Source: Candidatus Woesearchaeota archaeon (GTDB taxonomy: Archaea; Nanobdellota; Nanobdellia; Woesearchaeales; SKIA01). From it: a DNA stretch of 64,000 bases. A model generated the notes under the pieces. The model saw only the letters and a program-made list of their open reading frames with translations. It was not told where the DNA came from and did no database searches. Where the stretch lies: the NCBI GenBank assembly GCA_043771635.1, contig JAYVHA010000006.1:1668-65667 (forward strand). The letters are read 5' to 3'. The position numbers were made by a program, and so were the translations under genes. Below, piece after piece: positions 59,801-63,759 of the stretch (within the stretch, counting starts at the first letter, position 1; the number at the start of each line of letters is the position of its first letter).

Positions 59801-61691
59801 CGTCCGTACTCGCGGTGAAAGTCACGCGCGTGCCGCTCGAGCCTGGAGGTAAAAATACGCGCGCGGAGATTGGCGCACTTTGACCTGGTTCGATTAGTAA
59901 GTCAATGTTACCATCGGAATCACTGTCCTCGCCATCCAGAAGCACTACAAGCCCGGCTTGCGACGCGTTTGCAGTAATTTGCACGCGCATTGCCTGTGCT
60001 ATGTTTCCGTTCGTAATTAGGTGTGTGAGCGTAACCGTTGAGTTCTCATTAACCGTAGTGTTCTTTGCGCTGTCAAATGACAATCCGCCGTCTGCCGCAA
60101 GCACGCGAAGTGGAACCGCTGCTTGCACTTCGCCTTGTACAATCGCAAGATAACTTCCAGGCGGCACTGCCGCGAGTAAGGAACGCTTACCACTTGCGCC
60201 AGTAAACGTTTGCCGCATCAAGCTTGTGCCGTCTGTTGCTATAATTGTGAACACAGTATCGGCGGATGTAGCGGCTGCGTCCGTACTTTGCGCTTCGATA
60301 CTCGACGTCGTTCGTGCCTTACTTACGTCGTAGGCAATCAACAGTTCGCCGTTTGGCAGTACAGGATCAGTTACTGACAAGCTTCCACCTGCGCTGGTTA
60401 CTACAGCCACCGCAGTATTTAGCGCGTATATAACGCTTGAAGTGCCGTTCCAGTATACAGGAATCGTCTCTAATGCTTCGTTGAATGCAATAATTTTACC
60501 TGGGAAAGTGTATCGATGCAATCCTTGCGCGCGAACTAGAGCGCCATATGCCGTTTCGCGTTGCTCGGCAACGCTTATCGCCGGTAGTCCACGGCGCACT
60601 TCCAAAAATCCTGAACCTGCCGGCAATATTATTGAATTCTTATACCATGATAGTTCTGTACGCGTGCCGTTTGATAGGAAGTATGCGTTTCGCGCAGTTA
60701 CTGAAGTAGGTAATTGTACAAGGCTTTCACGAGGTTCGCTTATTGGAGTAACGTACCAAGCTTCGGCGCCATCGCTTGCGCTCTCAAACGTAGGCGCAAC
60801 GACATTACTTCGAGCGACTATAGAAACAGGATATGCAACTATTGCTTCGCCTTCCTTGACTATTACTTGGAGATCTTGAGGCATTAATGGAACAAGTGAG
60901 AGACGCCCATCACGAAGAGGAATCAGACTTAACACTCCGTCTGAAATTGCATATAACTGCGCAGTCAGCGGCGCAACTATTGATACTGGCTCGCCGACGC
61001 CGCTTGTTCGCTCAACGCTTATGTTCTCTGATGCGACGCCGTTTCCAATAACTGAAAACCGCTCATACTGGTATGCTTGACGAGTGCTTATTCTAAGTAG
61101 CAATGCTTCCGAGTGCACTGACGCCGGAAGCACGCAGCTTACAGTACATGTCCCGTCGCACGGCATACGGCATACTTGCGCGTAAAGTTTGTCACTAAGC
61201 TTTCCAGTTGCGAATGGCGCAGCCTCGATTACTACTTCGCCGCGCCCACCGATAGTAACGGTGCCGTCAATCAAACTTCCATCTTGGTTACGAGTAAGTG
61301 CGCTCTCAAACAGGAAATTAGGTTTTCGCACTAGTAGCTGCTTAGTTGCACTTTCCTTCTGCTCACCAACAGTGACCGTTGCAGTAACCGTGTAAACGCC
61401 TTCTTCAGTTACATAAACACTTGCCTCATAGCCTCCAAGGCCAGGTTCATTCAGCAGCACAGGCACTGCTACTCCGTCCGGGCCAATTACCGTCAAAGTT
61501 GCCGGGAACGACAGAATACTAATGCCGCCAAGGCTTGCAGCCAGGAAGAACTGTCCGCTCTCACCTGGCGAGAGCTCAATAGGACCATCAAGCGCGACTG
61601 CTAATGCTGGCGCATCGCCATATGCTTGCCCTGCTGTGATCGTAAGCACGAGCGCAAGCGCAATACTCAGCACCACTGCTAACGGCAACAT
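38829..61691 (-). CDS. giant surface protein (about 7620 aa from the probable start; ORF reads 7707 aa to 61952) with FG-GAP/VCBS-like, LamG-like and about 13 tandem units of roughly 320 aa
   Basis: One uninterrupted 23-kb ORF. Probable start at Met88 (MLPLAVVLSIALALVLTITAGQAYG signal-anchor). D-x-D-x-DG Ca-binding FG-GAP-like repeats (GDFDLDGDLDLLIG, VADIDRDGYPDI, SGDMDNDGDTDL, VADFDNDGFLDV). Three LamG/ConA-like domains ending in MDE(I/V)R(V/I)(W/Y)NR(T/S)L. Repeat units marked by SFYRNGT.IG.N.TN.TG and CN(I/V)SNQ. Hundreds of NxS/T sequons. Confidence 0.8.
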   Translation of the reverse strand: MLPLAVVLSIALALVLTITAGQAYGDAPALAVALDGPIELSPGESGQFFLAASLGGISILSFPATLTVIGPDGVAVPVLLNEPGLGGYEASVYVTEEGVYTVTATVTVGEQKESATKQLLVRKPNFLFESALTRNQDGSLIDGTVTIGGRGEVVIEAAPFATGKLSDKLYAQVCRMPCDGTCTVSCVLPASVHSEALLLRISTRQAYQYERFSVIGNGVASENISVERTSGVGEPVSIVAPLTAQLYAISDGVLSLIPLRDGRLSLVPLMPQDLQVIVKEGEAIVAYPVSIVARSNVVAPTFESASDGAEAWYVTPISEPRESLVQLPTSVTARNAYFLSNGTRTELSWYKNSIILPAGSGFLEVRRGLPAISVAEQRETAYGALVRAQGLHRYTFPGKIIAFNEALETIPVYWNGTSSVIYALNTAVAVVTSAGGSLSVTDPVLPNGELLIAYDVSKARTTSSIEAQSTDAAATSADTVFTIIATDGTSLMRQTFTGASGKRSLLAAVPPGSYLAIVQGEVQAAVPLRVLAADGGLSFDSAKNTTVNENSTVTLTHLITNGNIAQAMRVQITANASQAGLVVLLDGEDSDSDGNIDLLIEPGQSAPISARVFLPPGSSGTRVTFTASTDGGDSATSSTASVTDSIVVKAAGLPVSLDVRVITLGGTAENANAVLYNSFNAPLTATLTIIAGAQVGNQTGATNTREITLAPGMNNVSIGSLGGRNIATVQVSVAGDLDTSNNFRTRWYNRLSGDEVVLITERFGVSHEHYTIELPAAAGKVISWLDAAGQQQRASGMLVATSDTIIWDLGAVPANTEFFATLILGSLVPVDLRVVLDNGDARVRSNGVWASGTTIPGYVGFDYLIDLNLNKGSAVEYSPGLARGQYSVSINTPADPSLASNAQVIITGARRATVTVNQRQGGEQYLGLYELNPASTVSVSNAGTSELVVVDALTFIPITQIGEVKLLRPVVPIQPVVIVNATNATNLTLPIITNNTNVSSETNATEIIISATEAINALRNATVNDTQSRAIIGERVQWTRIIEITDNSNETNITLPSTVLDVIVETRDAQTGVRKDITQTVELGELRRALRENELPATAAANAAPTLDGLLAENTVSDVKRSLEAQGELTGEDAKSARVDIIEAAQTLSEQPDASQPEQAVTLGALEIIVPSAAPIDTSTGTPGASQPIILPVVSSSQLIVEDQVLSIIPDLPIGDLELSVPVTNDAESLVITYETEAPQLTITEQTADRIALVVSAETHYTAITSFLDVTPFTAAQQSKYELFRTTAGVREPVVFTTQDMNADGKFDRLVWIVPHLSNQTYELSLSILNPLEYLRDGETWTVFFNTTGTGNLTVFSPNANWSELFTDTNGRTEEMVLLSMACGNTDLSNSLTIIATNGSQYAYNAINSEDSIDIAQLFIENYNCDDQTGELKNVMTVAGYAVLNFTFTDGTITQSQLAVDPLPIEIGFTNPTPQDGAVVNANNFTVNISINNTNLLGFSYLWNGTNYTIYNDTALQVMFNFDNLTALGESATQAIDVSRNAISANIVGSATPNTTGVVRQGMSFYGTTGIVNTSVNLTTWLGRTATLSLWMRTTQTGSANPWTAPGITGIEQGAGGDDIFWGWINVAGNINMQAGNGANAASTIAINDGAWRHYTFTRDETTGTVNIYIDGILNATAASEAGRKTLQFSGFGVITDTAGPASDDYFAGDMDEIRVWNRTLNASEAYQSYLSSLNKIGVTQWMFVANQTGLGEAQYDIQGCAANASLVTCISRSIGVNTSVAQYNARVYVWDTRNTTSRADDVLIGTESILQVAPNGTVRDVGAFAESLYSYSNYLVEVQIESEQLYAFDSDYHGETVIIANNSFGLLNNSASAEYIVPTAWVTNDATETADVFVSTSTNVDYTVDANTGEIGRIIGDPDATVLVSGADDIFVYTNPSSNKFGAAWTEFQADADIGTTTTENIIQGGDFDLDGDLDLLIGNNLEDLRIFENDGTPFAGAWTELIADANVLADTYSVVVADIDRDGYPDICGGTVGQDVYCFNNSDRTPFVGAWTRSTVELAAGGDVNSLASGDMDNDGDTDLVGAVAGVFDISWWSNDGSPYNGAWTIADIDAATGLESNVVVVADFDNDGFLDVAQGDDDEDVDVYCTGGVAGAWTEFAASANVGGDANAMAVGDVDNDGDVDIIIGVETANDVVYLENDGSPCTGAAWTQRTISADTTDTPWGVSVADIDGDGWLDVFASINDQDVMAFHNDGTPANGAWTAVDIDIAAGNVAAAIYAGDLDNDDSSNVIDFFSSAGENAENASAEMTGWNNLAAATNYSFYFIANPDYDFAENSTSTFTFRAGNESSSAWSRTTELLAGAARIPIQVRWNWTVNKAKYTKIDSIVLSSTSAAYNSIVNITCHAIDSTSDQNKFEWYNYTIGFFLDGVLIGRNITNSNGTAVFSYNFTNTATNAVVLCNATDSANFDFSVQNLNALINITNSPPTHTTPILNSSTIRNLSSENITVYNQSTADVDSPSVTNTYNWYESGNPISLLNLPFNTILAAPSTYGAIRDYARGNNATCRPVSGNCPNSSGFGKVGASVRFGGGGEAIDVGNSSDFVLGENYTIMLWAYPTVTPAGTNNYRLVSRQNGGAGGWEFIMRSSVGGATRTLRFDNGPSDTSIVGAWGSNQWQHFAVTNNVTTFTFYVNGTAWGTGTAGATSYNNLNLTLGQTPDGTGVSFAGYMDEVRIYNRSLPASQVYRIWLEGNNSINTSTIVAGDTRGGQTYYACVTPNDNASDGTTLCSNNLTVVGGVDVLLPGNHTILDRDSQNATHNDSVVLNLTTYDPFVTITFRANLTDPSGLAQTNLVLGQNSSDVNGQSTLVFNPNSSMYAGNYTWWGEGTNYVPNVLGSFVVMGSYNISYFNGSTFPSLNHTMNETLEVRWNLTSKGPESATVLSTNYLTLAVSLLRNTSGGTNNISASYANPYWNATHNLTNLKGVGVWNSTINGTATYFYTNTTSKNVTILSNMNVTGHVLNASSIDAFTQSISRCSVLDSITNYAVANVNVSFYRNGTLIGTNLTNATGNVTLIHQINQSGSYIITCNISNQTEIFYYRGIEWERNASLTVLPYAITPWLPTNNSRVDRDSVDATDADSVVLRLNTSTAAVPAGTVIDFRMNLTDPTGVIPSANSSNVLIGSNITNATGGTSFIFNPNSTSYAGNWSWYGNSSSGYGNGSNTIIIMGGLNATYRNTTFDPNASYNQTSLMLIQVNISTYGPENLSALNATYNISVNNTLYNTSGSLITTNLVFNGSVFWNRTINFSALLGVGRWNITASTGGKFFYLNFTNRTTDVFGFMNVSANYTSPASPTAYQSMITWCNISDRLSNYRIPGITVDFYRNGTFIGTNTTNSTGESTLTHTINASGNYHVWCNITNQTSLFYFVGNAPNGTMAVTVTPVPITMVAPTNATVVDRDGVDSTDPDVIMLNATVPNYVPAGASIDFLGNLSNPSGLGQTNIIFGSNLTTAGAWVNFHLNPNSSTYAGNWTVFGNSTGGTSNNTRSFIMKGGLNASYENDTLSPNSAYNQNDTAVVAVNVTSLGPESRSELSANYGIALNNTFQNTTGSRSGVNLSFNGTQWRNTTFNLLTLKGVGIWNTTSNSTGTYWYSNWTNRTIAVYGFMNITSNSTTPASIVAYGTTLSSCSVIDQHTNYGVSGATVTFFLNGTFLGSNSTNASGITTLTHSVNATGTYGVQCNVTNQTGIFYFRGDEFARNTSLTVTPYAINVSSPVNGTAVDRDSVDATDPDSIMLNVSVPSSVPSGVLVYFNVNITSPAGILPAQTTITLGSNNTTAGNWANIYFNPNATMYAGNYTWWGNSSAGVSGQVRNFLVYGGLNATYTSGLYHPNGTYNQTDIARIETNVTSFGPENASALNLTYGINVNNTIYNTSGSTNIVNLTNGSTFWNGTHTLSALNGVGTWNTTTAADSIWFYRNWTNRSFVVFGFMNITVNTSTPASISAFQTTISSCTVLDRQSNAAVAGATVTFYLNGTYLGANNTNATGITTITHAVNTSGTYGVQCNITNQTAIFYLRGNEFERNSSLTVIPYVINATTAANGTAVDRDGAYSLDPDNVMLNVSVPNYVPSGTYIEFRANLTNPNGIVPSQQNISLGGNNTTAGNWANIYFNPNLTMYAGNYTWWGNSSAGVSGQVKNILVYGSFAVVYRNNTYHPNATYNQTDTATVQVNVTSNGPEVDAELASNYSAVLSSRYMNSSGTISAMVMSYVGPYWNGSHLLTVLPGVNRSNSSINATANWFYSNGTNRTMLVYGYMNVTANYSSATSVTTYQTIISACSVSDQYSNYSVPYASVSFYVNGTFIGTNGTNSVGNTSISHSINQTGVYTVTCNVTDLSPLFYYRGNGPERNTTITVTPVILQPVSPVNGTSVDRDATNSTLADVIALNVTVSSVVPAGVLVEFRGNLTSPNGLSQTDVLFGSNNTTAGNWAILYWNPNGSIYAGNWSWYANLSGGVPNATRTAFVYGSYNLTFTSATVDPNASYEKPGVVLVNATPVMYGPETAALLNSSYNASFNATIIRDNLTQIATPLQYDGGDWNGSLALITTDNRGTYDARLNGSVSWLLLVNASNRTFEVQNVPPTQGSPTLIASDNPLNLSSAFLFAQNQSTTDAEGDTVSNIYAWSIDGAPYATVQMPFEGGSNSTYAEDYSGNGYDGAVGSSVTWNSTGGVNSRGAYYFGPVNGGIDLGDRSEIDGTTALTVAMWVKNNDLTDDGTLLSKGTFVAGQPLLLWRDEVAFNSGRTDTYSVMLTGNSGELRLETSTGSGNTIAWQHIAIAYTANSTQGIRFYINGVEDAQSPLSTVNMTSLDSNALSLLIGKPTTTLAKDFDGRIDDVRIYNRTLSLAQIRQIMLEGNSTTWNATIVSNETQAYQTWQACVTANDGANESSRACSNTVTINPTLVITSPANETPVDRDSASAVDADSINLVVNADGDSGINVTYWGNLTSPIIGGQTNLFLGSAVTNITGTAVLAFNPNSSYYAGNWTWWPNATNASSQSSATIGIYGGLSIVHANASGTPGVNQTQNETFELRFNLSSTGGPETRDILNATYGAALSTRIANTSNFSRNATASYTNPYWNATQVATSLAGVGNWSSTGNASAQWFYVNSTTRNFTLLGLMNVTIANVTLNTTTVYSTFNIRCTVVAQYSNYTVSGANVSFYRGAQLLGTNVTNSAGLSSFAHTINTTGVYALTCNVSDQPSISYVRGLEPERNISINVTEYVVQPVAPANNTALDRDSANATMADLTDLNVTVDSVVPNGVRIEWYANLTNPAGIAGQTNIFLGNNTTVASGATLWFNPNSTRYAGNYTWWANGTGGTLNGTRTFLVYGQLTSVFENGSFDPNANYTQNGTATLRLNLTSSGPETRDQISANYAATANASLLSPLSGNNTTGLSYASPVWSGSALFIPPNSVGVWNATATAWAAWFFNSTTVGVRNTTVYGYMNVTSGLVSPSTIVAFSSTTSTCRVQDQHTNRNVSGATVSIFLNGTLLGSNTTNATGYTTLSYVQNSTGVYTVSCNVSNQTSIFYYRGDAPEQNATLTVIPFPIDAVAPANDTVLDRDSVNTMDVDFVMLNVTVPSSVIDGVRIDFRGNLTTPSGLAQTNILFGNNTTLAGSAVLWFNPNATIYAGNWTWYANASSGTSNATLTVLVYGGLNTSYRNSSFNPNSSYNQTDSARIEVNLTSFGPESRDEINASYGASARNTIANTSGYTTNETLSYTNPFWNGTQPLSGLLGVGTWTTLANSSANFFYRNVTNKTFVLYGFANVTSNSTSPALPTAFQSITSTCGVRDQLSGYSVAGSTVSFYRNGTLIGANTTNATGTSTLTHTINVTGTYIVTCNISDQPAILYFKGLENERNVTVTVVGFAINVTSPANGTPLDRDSGNGSMADTVVLNITVPSYVPNGVRIDFLGNLTTPAGLSQTNILLGNNTTVGGSASFLFNPNSTLYAGNWTWFGNNSNAYSNIDGYLHVYGQLTAVFQNGSFDPNVNYTQNATATLRVNVTSSGPETRDQISANYGAAANASLISPLNGNNTTGLAYSTPVWSGSALFMPPNGVGVWNATATAWAAWFFNSTTVGVRNTTVYGFMNITSNTTSASTIEVFESATMTCGVQDQHTNVNVTGATVSFYRNGTLIGTNTTNTTGRTTITHSINITGTYVLACNVSNQSNIFYYRGDAPLGNTSITVLPFALNAVSPANDTAVDRDSVDSTDADVIMLNVTVRSTIPDGVRIDFIANLTTPNGLGQNSIVFGNNTTVGGSAVLYFNPNASIYAGNWTWYGNNSQGFGNTTRTVAVYGGLVTTYRNALQHPNGSYNQTDSARIEVNLTSSGPESRDQINASYGASVRNTIANTSGYTTNATLSYTNPFWNGTHLLSQLYGVGTWSTIANSSANYFYRNVTNKTFVLYGFANVTSNTSLPTSIMAFEVTTASCGVQDQLSGYSVAGSTVSFYRNGTLLGTNATNATGFATLTHSINTTGTYTITCNISDQPAILYFRGSEPERNSTVTVTPFTITPTSPANNTAVDRDSGNASMVDVVVLTVAVPSVVPNGVRVDFRGNLTSPAGLGQAAVLFGNNTTSGGIATLYFNPNSSIYAGNWSWYGNASNGDSNGSLTVLVYGQLTAVYNSATTNPNVNYTENESITVQANVTSAGPETRSELNSSYATVTNATFERTSGNASYALTYNGSLWNRTIAINLPGGPGVWNSTVDAQANWFFMNASNRTLVVYGIMNVTNSTSSNAAPFAYQSFTSSCSVQNQVTSVPVNGATVSFYRNGILIGLNSTNLTGNTSLTHAINVTGSYTITCNVTDQPAISYFRGLEPERNTSVSVVAFPITPTAPANSTALDRDSANTTLPDDATFVLTVPSFIPDGVAIDVRANLTVPGTISPAQNAVLFANNTTSSGSITVYFNPNASIYAGNWSWYGNSSAGAPNGTRAVIVFGQLIIAYENGTFDLDSNYTQNQTVTVRLNITSAGPENRSALNASYGAVVNQSLAAANGSRIARGLVFGGTTWRNDTLLIPAGGVGVWNASVDASANYFIQTSNNTRNTTVYGFANVSSISLISSPVEAFETMIIACSVIDSHTSAAVAGLNVSVYAGGSFVASNLTNASGNVTVLYTPTVQGLMNITCNATSNLSLFYYVLQANVSATLNVTPISLTPESPANDTIVDRDGVSALFADQTLLVTRVKAGVPNGILVEVWANRTDPLGLPNGTIYLGSNVTTDTYVNLTIDPNSTMYAGNWTWSMNNSGGIPNGTRTLLIYGGINVSYELAADRPRLEYNESDTALLYLAASSFGFENATVLNQTYNLTLNLTLLPPIGGTTMPVATSNGTVWNATQNLFTYGVGVWNTSAIPVAKYFFTTNYSLRNFTVYGFIGLSVFDSEEYFNGSIYSNSLGRYYANATNSTGGTITDANCTIRFFDRNATMVYNGTRGLYDNTTAFSLEGVVNYTVTCAKLFYNPNSTTANASIRSAVNLTVRWNVTDVAAQQRTIIINITNAQNYTEHDVFAYGFVPHGLNASYSSVPFESQIVNGPLASGTSLRWYLPNITAGSSSSVNISVNGSVNLTNMFIVGVRALTTNTSIVY

Positions 61692-61849
61692 ACGCTGCGC
61701 GCCTGCCGAGCGAGCTTGCGTGAGGCACAGAGAAGCTCGAGTAGTTCTTGTAGCAGAACGAGCGCTAGTCCTGGCAGTTAAGCGCACACAAGTACTTGCA
61801 GCGCAGCGCATGCTAGTGCTTGCAGCCTTGTTTCGCGGATAAGCAAAGC

Positions 61850-62344
61850 TCATTTTTGCCCTCCGCGACCTAGCACGTAGCGCACTTGCTGCGTCGGTAA
61901 GTTTGACAAAATTTGCGCAAGGCGAACAGGCGTAAGACCAGTTTGCTTGCAAATTGTGGTTAGCGGCAATCCCTGCTGGTACGCGTGCACTATGTGCGTG
62001 TATCTTAGCACAAGCGGAGTGACTTTACCGCGGCGTATGCGCGCCAAGTGGGGTTTGAGAATTTGTTGAAGGCGCTTTGGGGTGATGGACTCATCTTGTC
62101 GACTAGAAAATGCAAACGCATTGGCCTGCTTAAGGACAGTGTGTGCGAGCTGAGGACTGATTGTTGCAGCACGATCTGAGAAGGTTATTGTGCCGTCGCT
62201 GCGAATCGCAGATGTCTTAAGTTCTGCAAGCTCGCTGACAGTGCAGCCACTCTCGTATAAAAACTGGGCAACAAGTTTATCGCGCTCACGCTCTATAGAA
62301 CTAATGAACGACTGATACTCCTCATAATCGAGGTAATCTACCAC
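61850..62344 (-). CDS. small tyrosine-recombinase-fold protein, catalytically degenerate
   Basis: 164 aa that aligns by eye to the XerC/D catalytic domain (ERDKLVAQFLYESGCTVSELAELKTSAI ~ box I; TPLVLRYTHIVHAYQQGLPLTTICKQTGL ~ HxLRHxxAT box II; QQVRYVLG ~ the catalytic Tyr). Arg-I (T), His-II (L) and His-III appear substituted. Confidence 0.45.
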   Translation of the reverse strand: MVDYLDYEEYQSFISSIERERDKLVAQFLYESGCTVSELAELKTSAIRSDGTITFSDRAATISPQLAHTVLKQANAFAFSSRQDESITPKRLQQILKPHLARIRRGKVTPLVLRYTHIVHAYQQGLPLTTICKQTGLTPVRLAQILSNLPTQQVRYVLGRGGQK

Positions 62345-62506
62345 CTGTTTTTTTCTCCAACGAAAAAAACTCCCCCACGGAGTTTCCCTTTATTGTTGAA
62401 TAATCAAACTAGACATTTAAAAGTGTATTGATTTCACCGACGGTGAATAGAAAAAAAATATTCCCTTCCAAGTGAAAACCTGGAAGCGCAGTTAATCCCG
62501 ATTTCC

Positions 62507-63427
62507 TTACGGATAGAGGTTGATTCTACGTTTGTAGATTACGTTCGGGATCCTGTCCAAGATGTAGGTTGAGCGTCCATCCTGCGGGAAGATCTTAATT
62601 TCAAACTCTCCATTCTCTGGAAGCGAGTGGTGGCTCTTGAGCTTGAAGTAAATGAATACAGTCTCACCGTATTCTAGGTACCAGTCATCTTGACCGACTA
62701 ACGTCAACAAGCAAAACTTAGTTTCAGGCTTGATTAAGTCGAACGAGCAGTCACCTTCAAAGACGTCAGTGATGCGTAGCGTATTTGCATCAAGCTGGTT
62801 TGCAGTGTTTGAGTTGTCTTCAATGTGGAAATAACCATAGGTATTATTTTGACCTTTGATTGCCACATCTGTAATGTTTACAGTAAGACTGCCAGCTTCG
62901 AGGTCAGCGCCAACAGACAAGTTGTCGGTTTCACCAGACTCGCTTAGGTTAAACTGCAAGTAGTCGTCTGACGCATTTCCTGATAGTTGCACACGTACTG
63001 TGTCTGTGAAGCCGTCACCATCAAGGTCGCCGAAGGCAACATAGCTCGCAGTAACTGCCGTCGAAACTGTTTGGTTAATCGTAATTAGTGTTGGATGCTC
63101 AAGGTCTGCTGAGTAGGCGCCTTCGTCCGTAAAGAATGAAACGGATGTTTGTTTGAAGTTAATTGGACCCGCTGCTGGCTCCGGACGAGTGAGAATTTCA
63201 AAATTATTCGCAGTTTTATTCTCTGTGTCGCCAGTTGCGAACACGTGCGATACTTCAATACCGTTAATTAGTCGGTTCTGCGCTTGCTCTGCAACTATCA
63301 AGGATTTTTGCTGAAGCACGCCCGAAGTTGAGATGATAACTCCTGCAGCAACTGCGGCTACTAATATAGTCGCAATAAAGATAATTAGGGTACCGATACC
63401 CATTACCGCTTTACGGTTGAACATCAT
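62507..63427 (-). CDS. archaellin/archaeal type IV pilin-like protein (class III signal peptide)
   Basis: N-terminus MMFNRKAVMGIGTLIIFIATILVAAVAAGVIISTSGVLQQKSLIVAEQAQ matches the conserved archaellin N-terminal domain. Confidence 0.7.
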   Translation of the reverse strand: MMFNRKAVMGIGTLIIFIATILVAAVAAGVIISTSGVLQQKSLIVAEQAQNRLINGIEVSHVFATGDTENKTANNFEILTRPEPAAGPINFKQTSVSFFTDEGAYSADLEHPTLITINQTVSTAVTASYVAFGDLDGDGFTDTVRVQLSGNASDDYLQFNLSESGETDNLSVGADLEAGSLTVNITDVAIKGQNNTYGYFHIEDNSNTANQLDANTLRITDVFEGDCSFDLIKPETKFCLLTLVGQDDWYLEYGETVFIYFKLKSHHSLPENGEFEIKIFPQDGRSTYILDRIPNVIYKRRINLYP

Positions 63428-63451
63428 CGAATGTTAATATCTTCCATAATC

Positions 63452-63466
63452 CGGTATTTAAATGTT
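63452..63466 (-). promoter_or_regulatory. archaeal TATA box upstream of the archaellin-like gene
   Basis: TATTTAAAT (plus strand 63455-63463) lies 28-36 nt upstream of the ATG at 63427. Confidence 0.4.
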
Positions 63467-63489
63467 TCGTGAGTGCGCATAACAAATTT

Positions 63490-63759
63490 TTACCCTAAAC
63501 CGTTTGAAACGCACGAATTCTGCTCTCTGACGCGGCGCAAATAAACCGAGACGACAACACACCAAATTAATACTAGTGCAAGCAGCAGCCAATAGTGGAC
63601 AGCGGAAAACACACATGCAATTTCAAGCAAATAGGAAATTACCGCAAAAAACAGAATTCCACAATAAACAAAACACTTGCGCAGACTGGACTCCACCGCA
63701 CATAAGACTATTATAGTAGGCGTGAGCGCCCAGGTTATGAGCGAGCCTGCACCAGACAC
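63490..63759 (-). CDS. small integral membrane protein
   Basis: 89-aa ORF with 2-3 predicted TM helices. Confidence 0.3.
   Translation of the reverse strand: MSGAGSLITWALTPTIIVLCAVESSLRKCFVYCGILFFAVISYLLEIACVFSAVHYWLLLALVLIWCVVVSVYLRRVREQNSCVSNGLG

Noticed and set aside
39245-61842. Dozens of 60-240-aa ORFs on both strands inside the giant gene (for example 54859..55587 on the plus strand, 242 aa)
   Set aside because: They lie within or antisense to a continuous 23-kb coding frame with consistent repeat structure. They have low-complexity, Ser/Thr/Ala-rich composition typical of shadow ORFs.
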